Below are positions 15,833 to 24,115 of a DNA stretch of 31,157 nucleotides, piece by piece. Within the stretch, counting starts at the first letter, position 1; each line of letters starts with the position of its first letter. Where the stretch lies: the IMG/VR virus record IMGVR_UViG_3300035491_000163, positions 1 to 31,157 of that record; one strand, given 5' to 3'. This DNA comes from a virus (lineage: Duplodnaviria > Caudoviricetes). The notes below the pieces were generated by a model. That model ran no database searches. It had not been told where the DNA came from and worked only from the letters and a program-made list of their open reading frames with translations. Position numbers and translations under genes: made by a program.

Positions 15833-18800
15833 ATGGCTCTGAAACCTTTCGACGGCAAGCTGGACGAAGTCGCAGAACAGCCGCGGCGTGTAAGGCCGTT
15901 CACTGGCACGCTCGATGATGTAGTGCCGCCCGCGTCGGCGGAAAAGGGCGTCACCGGCCACCTGCAGGATCTGGGCTTATCCGCGCTGAAGGGCGCAATC
16001 GGCGTCCCCGAGCTGGCCGTCGGCCTTGCTGACATCCCAACTGGCGGTCGTGTTGGCCGCTTCCTGGAGAATGAGGGCGGCCTGGTTGGCTTCAGGCCCA
16101 AGGAAGCCAAGAACATTCTCAGTGAGTTCCACACCGATCAGTACAAGGCTCAGCAGCAAGAGTTTCAGGAGGCTGATGGCGTGCTGGACAAAGCGGGTGT
16201 AGCGCTCAGCAATCCATCACTGATTGCCAACGTGGTTACTGAATCTGTCCCTGCAATGCTGGGTGGCGGCGTTGTTGGCCAAGGCATCCGGCGTGTCGCG
16301 CCCAAGGTGTCGGCTGCGCTTGCTGGCGCTGCGGGTGAGGGGACGGTAATGGCCGGCAGCCAGGCTGCAGCTATACGCCAAGAAACCGATGATGGTCTGC
16401 TAACACCCGGTCAGTCTGGAGCTGCCCTGGGCACTGGTGCTGTTGGTGCGCTCTTCGGCTTTGCTGGTGGGCGGCTGGCGCAGAAAATGGGCATTGGTGA
16501 TGTTGATACGATGCTTGCCAGAGGCGTTACGCCGGAGCAGGTTGCGGGTGAACTCGCCGCGACTCCGGCAAAAAGCATTCCGCGTCGTGTGATCGAAGGG
16601 GCCATTACCGAGGGCTTTCTTGAGGAGCTGCCCCAGTCTGTTTCTGAACAGGTGATTCAGAACCTGGCGCTTGGTCGGAACTGGGCGGAGGGCGTTGAGG
16701 ATGCTGCAGTCATGGGCACCCTGGCCGGTATGGCCATGGGAGGAGCGGCAAACGTTCGGAGCGCTGCAGGTTCGTCGCCGGCGGAAGCAGTAGACGCGCC
16801 AGAAACCCTTGCGCTGCCAGCGCCGGAACCGGCAGCTGAATCATCTGGTGGGGTTCTGTCCCGTGCGGCAGCTAAGCTGCCAGCGCCAGAGCCGGTGCTG
16901 GGTCTGCCGGCGCCAGAGCCAGCCATGTATGTCGACTCTGAGGGTAATGCCCAGTCGATTGGCCCGGTGCGCAATGTTGACGGAGAGATGCGGCCGGAAC
17001 CGCAGGCGCGGGTGCCGATGGCTGACCCAGCTGCCAGCACTGGTGGCAGGGGTATGTACGATCAGGCGCCAGTGGGCGAGTCCCCCAATGTGGGTACCGC
17101 AGAGGATGTCAGGGTTGCAAACCGGCAACGTCAGGCTGAGCTTGATCAGGAGCGCGCCGACAGGCTGGCGGCAGCGTATGTAGACGAGGCCAACCGCGCC
17201 GCCGCAGAGATCATTCAGCTGCGTCGAGAGCAAAACCAACCAGACCCAGAGTTTACTTTGCCTCGCGGCCTTGAGCTGGCCGATAAGGATAATCACGGTC
17301 GCTGGCTCAATGAGACCTACCGCAGCAGTGTTCAGGCGCTTATCGCCCAACTGGAGAAGGGGGGCGGCGTCGCTTACGTTCGTGATGCCAATGACCGAAT
17401 TACCGGCCGCACGCCGTCGTCTAATCCGAAGTGGTGGCAAGACATGGATGCGTCGGTTAAGCCGGGCTCTGTCGAGGAAGGGCGCCGGATTGTAGATAAG
17501 GCACTTGAAGGTAAGAGCCTTGGCCCTAAGCAGGCGCGCTTTGTTGCCGCGATGATGGACATCGTTGACGACATTCGTTTGCCTCCGCAGCAGGCCGAAC
17601 AGAACCGCGCTATCCTGCAGGAACTGGAGTGGGCGGCCAGTGGTGAGGCGGCTCGGAACCAGGCTGATCTTGAGCGAGGCGCGGTTCGTGACTATGGCAC
17701 TTCGGAGCAGGACGACGCTGAGCTCTATGCCTACCTGTCTGGGAAGGTTGAACCGTTCAGCCTCAAGGATCTGACACCTGACGAATCTGTTCAGGTCTGG
17801 AACGATCTGCAGGCGACTGATCAGCCTGTGCTTGACGATACCAGCGCACAAACCGCTGAGGCCGGCGCTGGTGGCGAAATTGAAACCGATTTCAAAGGGG
17901 TGGTTTATGGCTCTGACCAAGGAGCAGTCGAAACTGGCGGCGAAGTTCCTGCACGCGAAGGGGTACCGGGCGACCGACAAGGGCTTCGAGAAGATAGCGG
18001 AACCGTATCCTCTGGACGACAACCCGACAGCTTCCAACTCGAAACCCAAACCGAAGAGCAGCTAGCTGCCCGGGCGGAGGCGCTGCGTCTCAGTGAAAAA
18101 GCAGATGATGAAGCCGGGCGCCAAGAAGAACAGCGAGTTGACGCCGATCGTCAGCGGGAGACCTTCAATCTAACCGGTTCCGATCGCGCCGCAGATGTAG
18201 CTGCAGCGTCCGGGCAGACCGATCTTCTTTCCGGCAGTCAGCCGGAGTCCAAGCCAGCAGAAGAGTTTGTGCTGACGTCCGATGGCTCCGTGAACTTTGG
18301 TGAAATCACTGCTGACATGGCTAAAGTCATGGGGCGTCAGGCCGGTAAAATCCGACTTCAGCAAGGCGTCCAAAACTCCGACGGTACCGGTTACGGCTTG
18401 GCTCATATTGAGGCAAACCATGGCGAGCAGATTCGTGGAGCCGGTTACGAGTCGGTGGAGCAGTTTGTCAGCGAGTCTATCGCTGGCATGGATAGCGTGT
18501 GGTCACCCGGTAAAACCACGCAGCTGGTCGCACTGCAGTCCAGCAAGAAGGGGCAGGCGGTGTTTATTCAGCTGCAGCCGGCGGTTGATGAAGTGGGGGA
18601 CTATTACCGGATCAATACAGCGTTTCCGGTCAGTGGTGGTTATGCCCAGAAAAGGGAGAAGCGAGGCTGGAAAAAGCTCTGGAGCAGGGACCCCGTTCCT
18701 GCTGATGCGTCCGGCGCACCGGGCTTCGCTGGCCAAACCTCTCAAGCCGGTGAGGCGGCCCCCGTGGTAAGCCCCCAGAGTGATGTCAGTGTAGCACAGC

Positions 18801-21800
18801 CAAAAGGCAGCAGTGAGCCGGACAAGATTGAGGATGCAGGGGAAAAGCTGGGCGGGGCCCGCAAAGATGAACTGCGCTCTGTACGTGATCGCCTTGAAAA
18901 CATGGATGACGAGGCCATAGCCAGCAGCACGCTGAGCGAGCTTTGGCCGAAGGGTGAAGTCGACAAGATCGATGACCCTTTCCATGCTGCTGCGTACTGG
19001 GCTTTACGGTCTGAGATACCGGCGAAACCGCGTGTTGCCTACAAACTGAAGCGGTGGGTCACCAAGATCAAAGAGGCACGCTTGACCCTGGGTTATCTGG
19101 CGTCGCTGGGTGCTGACGTGTCGCTTGCTGAGCTGCGCAAGGCAAGCCCGGCGCTGCGCTCATTTGCCAACAAGGTTGAGTTGCTGGCAGCCGTAGAGCG
19201 CTCGCAGTGGCCGCGAGTCGGTCGTGTGCAGCACAACACCGGGCGCTATCTCAAAGACGGCGAGATGGTGCCCGGGTCATGGTTCGACGTTGAGATCGAT
19301 AAGCGTCGCCGTGCTTTCTATGGGCATGACACCATGTCCAGCGCATTGCCTGAGATTAAGTCCAAGCTGGCGCCAGAGACTGCGCCGGTGCAGGAAATGA
19401 AGTTTGCGATCTACAGAGGCAGGAATAGTGGCCAGGTGTTTATCGCAAAAGATGGCGACAAGGAAAAGCGCCACCTGAAGGAGTTTGAGGACGTTAAGTC
19501 TGCTCGGGCTTTTCTGCAGGATAACCACGCGAAGTTGGTCGAGGCCTGGGAGGCAGTGAAGAACCGAGACAACGTGACCAAGAGCGATATGCGGCGTGGC
19601 ATTAACGCGCAGCGAGTGGGGCAGGACTACCGCGAGGGTAAGGACATCACGCCAGAGCAGTTCTTGGAGGCTTTCGGTTTCCGCGGTGTCGAGTTTGGCA
19701 ACTGGGTTGGGCAAGGGAAAGGCGGGCGCGAGCGCCAGGGCATGCTGAATGAAGCGTTTGATGCCCTAATGGATCTGGCGGGCATCATTGGTGTGCCACC
19801 GAAGGCGATCAGCCTGGAAGGCACCTTGGGTATCGGCTTTGGGTCTCGCGGAAAAGGTGGTCGGGCTGCAGCTCACTTCGAGCCCGGGACAGTCGTAATT
19901 AACCTGACCAAGACTCAGGGTGCAGGGAGTCTGGCGCACGAGTGGTTTCATGCGCTGGACAACTACTTTGCCCGAAAGCGTACCTCTCCAATTGAAAGCA
20001 GCGCTGGCGGCTCGAGCCGGGATGAGGCGTTCATCACCTATCGGCCTGAGCCGATGTACATCAACAAAAAGTATCCGACGATGCGTGCAACCAAGGCAGA
20101 GGTTGCGCGTCGCCAAATTCAGAACGGTGGAGCGCCGATTTACGCCTGGGAAAACTGGGAGGTCGATCCAGCCCATCCGAAGGGAGTCCGGCCGCAGGTT
20201 GAGAAAGCGTTTGCTGAATTGGTCTCCACGCTAAACGCATCTCCGATGCTTCAGCGATCAGTGACGATTGATGGCGGCAAGTCAAATGGGTACTGGTCTA
20301 GGATCATCGAGCGTGGTGCTCGATCATTTGAAACCTACGTCATTGCCAAGTTGGCTGACCGAGGCGCGCGGAATGACTTCCTCGCTAATGTTGTCACGCT
20401 TGAGGATTTTGCGCGGGCGCCAGATCGTTATCCCTACCTTACTGCTGACGAGCAGGGCCCGGTAAGTGAAGCGTTCGATAAACTGTTTGCGACTGTCGAA
20501 ACCACAGAAGTGGACGGCAAGATTGCGATGTTTTCACGTAAAGGCCGCGGCCGGACGACAGGACAAGCGTTGTCCAAGCCAGAGCTGCAGGGTATCGTTG
20601 ACGACTTCCTCTCCCGCTTCAAGGGCGCCGATGATGTCCGAGTCCAGATCCACGACAGCGCAGAAACACTCCCCAGCTACAGAGCAGATCGTGATTCCGG
20701 ATCATCCATCCAAGGTGAATACGACTTCCGAACTGGAACAGTCCATCTTGTGGGAGCAAGCCTTGGTGCACGAGACGGCAAAAGTGCGCGGGAGGTTGTC
20801 GAGGAAACGCTCCGAGAAGAGATCCTTGTTCACAAGGGTCTTGGGCTTCTTTCGCCGGTAGCGCGCCGTCAGCTCTACGCTCAGATCAAAAAGGCATCCA
20901 CCGAAAACCCGGCAATCAAGAAGCTATGGGATCAGACGGTTGCTGATTATGGTGATGTTGCCAAGGTGGCCAAGCTGACGTCGGCGCAAGCCGACCGCTT
21001 TTATGCAGAAGAGATGCTTGGCACCCTGGCGCAGCGTAAGATCAACTGGGCTACCAAGGGCTGGAACCGGATCATGCGCGCGCTGAAGCGACTTGCCGTC
21101 AGGGCGGGGCTGATCAAGCATACCGACGGGCCTGCCGAGTTGATCAAGGCTGTTGAATATATCGCTGACTCCTTCGCCAAAGGGCGCCGTGCCCGCGCGC
21201 GCAACCTGACGACTGACGTGCGTGCCGATGACGCCGGCCTGCCGGCATTCCGTATGGCATCAACCGCTCAAGGTGCTGCGCAGGCCCGCGAGGTGCTTGA
21301 TCGGGCTCTTGGCCGCGCCAAGCTGGACCCCACCGACCCCTTTGCTGCAGAGAATCGCCGTCTGCGCGAAGAGGATCGGCCGATCTGGGATAAAGCCAAG
21401 AAGATATTCGCCAGGCAGTTTGCGCCTGGTGGCCTGCTGCCTGGAGATGTTTTCTCAGAGAAGATCAAGCGCGACAGCGAGTTTGAGGCCGTTGAGTTCG
21501 ACGTGCGGCACATGGTGGGCGCGCTGGAAAAGGCTGTGCAGGGCGACTACGGCCTGGCCGCGAATAAGCTGACCGAGGATCAAATGCGCAGCTTGAGCGA
21601 AGCGCTGGCTGGCAAGGTGGACGATTCACTGCCGACCAACACCAGGGCCGGCATCGTGGCCATGCGGCAATACATCGACAGGCTGTCCACTGAGTACATC
21701 GGCATTCTCCAGCAGCAGGTGGCTGACCGACTGAAGGGTAGCGACCAGGCTCTCATAAACAAGATTACCGGCAACCTGGGCAGCTATGTTCACCGCTCCT

Positions 21801-23971
21801 ATCAGGCCTATGACGATCCCAAGTGGTTCAAGAAGGTGCCAACGGCCACGCTGAACGCGGCTCGGAACTACTTGGCGGCGGGGTATCGCCGTAGCGGTGA
21901 GAGCAGTGCCGAGGCTGCTCGGTTGGCTGATGTCACGGTTAATGAAATCCTGAAGAGTGGCACCGCTTACGATTCGCTGGAGAGCTTCATTGCCGAGGGC
22001 AAGCTTGGCGCCAAGGACCGGAGTGTGCTGATGAAGCGTAAGGACGTTGCCCCGCAGATACGCGCGCTGCTCGGTGAGCATGTAGACCCGCGAGTGAATT
22101 TTGCAAAGTCCGCGACCAAGATGGGACGGTTGATCTGGAATCAGCGATTCCTCGATCGCGTCCGTGAAGTCGGCATGGGGGCATTCTTGTTCGAGGGTAA
22201 GAACCGTCCGGCAGATGCAACGACTCAAATCGCCGGCGAGCAGTCAGAGACATATTCACCGCTCAATGGGCTTTGGACGTTCCCCGAGGTAGCGCAGGCA
22301 TTCAAGGATGCGCTGGGCAAGGAGCAAATGGGTGACCTATATCGCACTGTCGTGCGCCTTAACGGCATGGTGAAGTACGGCAAGACCGTTCTTTCCCCGA
22401 CTACTGCGATGCGTAACTGGCAGTCTGCGATGTTCTTTAGCCTGGCCAACGGTCACTTCAATCTGCAGCACATGCGCAAAAGCATGGCCGCATTCCGCGA
22501 GCAGGTTTCCCAGAGTGCTACCGGTGATGACCTGGCTTATCTGCGCAAGCTTAAGCAGCTCGGTGTTGTCTACGACAGTCCATACGCCGGCGAGATGATG
22601 CGATTGCTGGAAGATGCGCGAATGGACGAACTGTTATCCGGGAAAAGCGGGAAAGCCCTGTCGGTTTTCCGCAAGGCGAACCAGATGGCTCAGGGTTTTT
22701 ACACCTTCGGCGATGACTTCTGGAAGATCATCGGATTTGAAAATGAAAAGGCTAGCCTGCGTGATGCCGGGTTCTCTGAAACCGAGGCCGAGACGATGGC
22801 TGCTGAACGTATCCGCAACACCTACCCAACGTACTCGATGGTTGGTCGCGGCATGCGGTGGCTGTCACGCTTCCCGCTGGCCGGCACATTCGTCAGCTTC
22901 CCCTCGGAAATTGTCCGTACCAGCGCCAATATGCTGCGCACGGTGGCAGCAGACCTCAAAAGTGATAACCCGAAGCTGCGGGAGCTGGGGCGCAAGCGTG
23001 CCGCCGGCATGGCCCTGGTCTCCGGTGGCTTCTATGCGCTCTCTGCCATGACGGCCGCTGCTCTGGGCGTTGATGACGATGAGGAAGAGGCCATTCGGGA
23101 TCTGGGGCCGCCGTGGCAGGACAACTCAACATTCATGTATCTCGGGCGTGATCCTGACGGAAAGTTGCGATACGTCGACCTAAGCTTTTTGGACCCTTAT
23201 GGATACTGGAAGCGTCCTGTCACGGCCATGCTGCGAAACCAGCCTTGGGAGGAGTCAGCTAAGAGCGGGGTGGCTGACATGCTGACGCCATTCCTTGGTG
23301 GAGACATTACAGCGCAGGCGATCTTTGAGGTGATGGCCAACAAGAAGGCGTCCGGCGGTCAGGTCTACCGAGAGAATGGTGAGGCTCTGGACCAACTGAC
23401 TGACATCGCGAACCACATGCGCAAGACCATCCAGCCCGGTTTTATCAGCAACGCAGAGCGGTTTGTAAAGGCTGCGAGTGGCGAGCGTCGGGAAGGCTCC
23501 GGTCAGCCGTACAGTGTGCGCGACGAAGTGTCCGCGCTGCTGGGGTGGCGCGCCTCAACTCTTGATGCCAGGACTGGTCTCTACTACCGCAGCTTTGACT
23601 TCAACCAGGCGCTCACGGATGCGCGCAGTTCGTTGAACCGGGTTCTGCGCAGCGCAAATGCTGTTGATATCGATGACATTCGGACAGCGAAGCAAGGTGC
23701 AGAGCGGATGAACTCCAAGGCATTCAATGAAATGGCTCGCTTGGTGAAGGCCGCTGAAAGCGCGGGGATGTCACGGCGCGAAATTCTCCAGACGCTGACT
23801 TTGGGTGGGGTTTCCCGCCGGAACGCGGCGGCCCTGATCCGTGGCCAGGTTCCGAATCTGGATATTGGCGGGCAGGCAAGGAGCAGGGCAGTGCGCCAGG
23901 CGAGGGTCACGCAAGGACCTGAGCAGGCACGGGAAATCGCACGACGGTATCGAGAGGTGCTGGCCCTGTAG
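15833..23971 (+). CDS. Giant polyvalent internal virion/ejection protein (~2712 aa) with PBECR-like nuclease, LPD5-like and LPD1/zincin-like domains
   Basis: 8.1-kb ORF; ATG 15833 after GGGGTG. Motifs GYGLAHI (~18389), KIEDAGEKLGGARKD (~18824), FGFRGVEFGNW...GSLAHEWFHALD (HExxH at 19937). Domain names assigned from recalled motifs only. Confidence 0.8.
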   Translation: MALKPFDGKLDEVAEQPRRVRPFTGTLDDVVPPASAEKGVTGHLQDLGLSALKGAIGVPELAVGLADIPTGGRVGRFLENEGGLVGFRPKEAKNILSEFHTDQYKAQQQEFQEADGVLDKAGVALSNPSLIANVVTESVPAMLGGGVVGQGIRRVAPKVSAALAGAAGEGTVMAGSQAAAIRQETDDGLLTPGQSGAALGTGAVGALFGFAGGRLAQKMGIGDVDTMLARGVTPEQVAGELAATPAKSIPRRVIEGAITEGFLEELPQSVSEQVIQNLALGRNWAEGVEDAAVMGTLAGMAMGGAANVRSAAGSSPAEAVDAPETLALPAPEPAAESSGGVLSRAAAKLPAPEPVLGLPAPEPAMYVDSEGNAQSIGPVRNVDGEMRPEPQARVPMADPAASTGGRGMYDQAPVGESPNVGTAEDVRVANRQRQAELDQERADRLAAAYVDEANRAAAEIIQLRREQNQPDPEFTLPRGLELADKDNHGRWLNETYRSSVQALIAQLEKGGGVAYVRDANDRITGRTPSSNPKWWQDMDASVKPGSVEEGRRIVDKALEGKSLGPKQARFVAAMMDIVDDIRLPPQQAEQNRAILQELEWAASGEAARNQADLERGAVRDYGTSEQDDAELYAYLSGKVEPFSLKDLTPDESVQVWNDLQATDQPVLDDTSAQTAEAGAGGEIETDFKGVVYGSDQGAVETGGEVPAREGVPGDRQGLREDSGTVSSGRQPDSFQLETQTEEQLAARAEALRLSEKADDEAGRQEEQRVDADRQRETFNLTGSDRAADVAAASGQTDLLSGSQPESKPAEEFVLTSDGSVNFGEITADMAKVMGRQAGKIRLQQGVQNSDGTGYGLAHIEANHGEQIRGAGYESVEQFVSESIAGMDSVWSPGKTTQLVALQSSKKGQAVFIQLQPAVDEVGDYYRINTAFPVSGGYAQKREKRGWKKLWSRDPVPADASGAPGFAGQTSQAGEAAPVVSPQSDVSVAQPKGSSEPDKIEDAGEKLGGARKDELRSVRDRLENMDDEAIASSTLSELWPKGEVDKIDDPFHAAAYWALRSEIPAKPRVAYKLKRWVTKIKEARLTLGYLASLGADVSLAELRKASPALRSFANKVELLAAVERSQWPRVGRVQHNTGRYLKDGEMVPGSWFDVEIDKRRRAFYGHDTMSSALPEIKSKLAPETAPVQEMKFAIYRGRNSGQVFIAKDGDKEKRHLKEFEDVKSARAFLQDNHAKLVEAWEAVKNRDNVTKSDMRRGINAQRVGQDYREGKDITPEQFLEAFGFRGVEFGNWVGQGKGGRERQGMLNEAFDALMDLAGIIGVPPKAISLEGTLGIGFGSRGKGGRAAAHFEPGTVVINLTKTQGAGSLAHEWFHALDNYFARKRTSPIESSAGGSSRDEAFITYRPEPMYINKKYPTMRATKAEVARRQIQNGGAPIYAWENWEVDPAHPKGVRPQVEKAFAELVSTLNASPMLQRSVTIDGGKSNGYWSRIIERGARSFETYVIAKLADRGARNDFLANVVTLEDFARAPDRYPYLTADEQGPVSEAFDKLFATVETTEVDGKIAMFSRKGRGRTTGQALSKPELQGIVDDFLSRFKGADDVRVQIHDSAETLPSYRADRDSGSSIQGEYDFRTGTVHLVGASLGARDGKSAREVVEETLREEILVHKGLGLLSPVARRQLYAQIKKASTENPAIKKLWDQTVADYGDVAKVAKLTSAQADRFYAEEMLGTLAQRKINWATKGWNRIMRALKRLAVRAGLIKHTDGPAELIKAVEYIADSFAKGRRARARNLTTDVRADDAGLPAFRMASTAQGAAQAREVLDRALGRAKLDPTDPFAAENRRLREEDRPIWDKAKKIFARQFAPGGLLPGDVFSEKIKRDSEFEAVEFDVRHMVGALEKAVQGDYGLAANKLTEDQMRSLSEALAGKVDDSLPTNTRAGIVAMRQYIDRLSTEYIGILQQQVADRLKGSDQALINKITGNLGSYVHRSYQAYDDPKWFKKVPTATLNAARNYLAAGYRRSGESSAEAARLADVTVNEILKSGTAYDSLESFIAEGKLGAKDRSVLMKRKDVAPQIRALLGEHVDPRVNFAKSATKMGRLIWNQRFLDRVREVGMGAFLFEGKNRPADATTQIAGEQSETYSPLNGLWTFPEVAQAFKDALGKEQMGDLYRTVVRLNGMVKYGKTVLSPTTAMRNWQSAMFFSLANGHFNLQHMRKSMAAFREQVSQSATGDDLAYLRKLKQLGVVYDSPYAGEMMRLLEDARMDELLSGKSGKALSVFRKANQMAQGFYTFGDDFWKIIGFENEKASLRDAGFSETEAETMAAERIRNTYPTYSMVGRGMRWLSRFPLAGTFVSFPSEIVRTSANMLRTVAADLKSDNPKLRELGRKRAAGMALVSGGFYALSAMTAAALGVDDDEEEAIRDLGPPWQDNSTFMYLGRDPDGKLRYVDLSFLDPYGYWKRPVTAMLRNQPWEESAKSGVADMLTPFLGGDITAQAIFEVMANKKASGGQVYRENGEALDQLTDIANHMRKTIQPGFISNAERFVKAASGERREGSGQPYSVRDEVSALLGWRASTLDARTGLYYRSFDFNQALTDARSSLNRVLRSANAVDIDDIRTAKQGAERMNSKAFNEMARLVKAAESAGMSRREILQTLTLGGVSRRNAAALIRGQVPNLDIGGQARSRAVRQARVTQGPEQAREIARRYREVLAL
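17907..18065 (+). CDS. Candidate nested small protein in the +1 frame of the giant gene (52 aa)
   Basis: AAAGGGGTGgtttATG start; MALTKEQSKLAAKFLHAKGYRATDKGFEKIAEPYPLDDNPTASNSKPKPKSS; host frame is linker-like here. Confidence 0.45.
   Translation: MALTKEQSKLAAKFLHAKGYRATDKGFEKIAEPYPLDDNPTASNSKPKPKSS
18671..18781 (-). ncRNA. Candidate structured antisense RNA with tRNA-like acceptor/T-arm geometry
   Basis: Extended -10 TGTGcTACACT (18798-18788); 5' CUCUGGG pairs with 3' UCCAGAG; adjacent GCAGG/CCUGC stem; U5 follows the closing stem. Confidence 0.45.
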
Positions 23972-23977
23972 CCCGCG

Positions 23978-24005
23978 TTGACGTGTCCATCCAGTCACAT
24001 AGCCT
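23978..24005 (+). promoter_or_regulatory. Putative late promoter, copy 3
   Basis: TTGACG, 16 nt, TAGCCT, starting 7 nt after the giant gene stop. Confidence 0.62.
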
Positions 24006-24031
24006 GCACTGCATTACGTCAGGAGCAGGCT

Positions 24032-24115
24032 ATGGACGCACCCATCATCAACATATGTATTCAGCAGGGCAAGACCCTTGAGTTTGCCCTGCGGTGTGCC
24101 GGAGAACGCGCATGA
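24032..24115 (+). pseudogene. 27-aa 5' remnant of a homologue of the downstream gene
   Basis: AGGAG RBS; MDAPIINICIQQGKTLEFALR resembles YRVDLCVAQGKTFQRVLR of the next ORF; stop overlaps the next ATG (ATGA). Confidence 0.6.

Noticed and set aside
16841-18049. 402-aa minus-strand ORF inside the giant gene
   Set aside because: Antisense shadow of a GC-rich coding frame; no RBS or recognisable motif.
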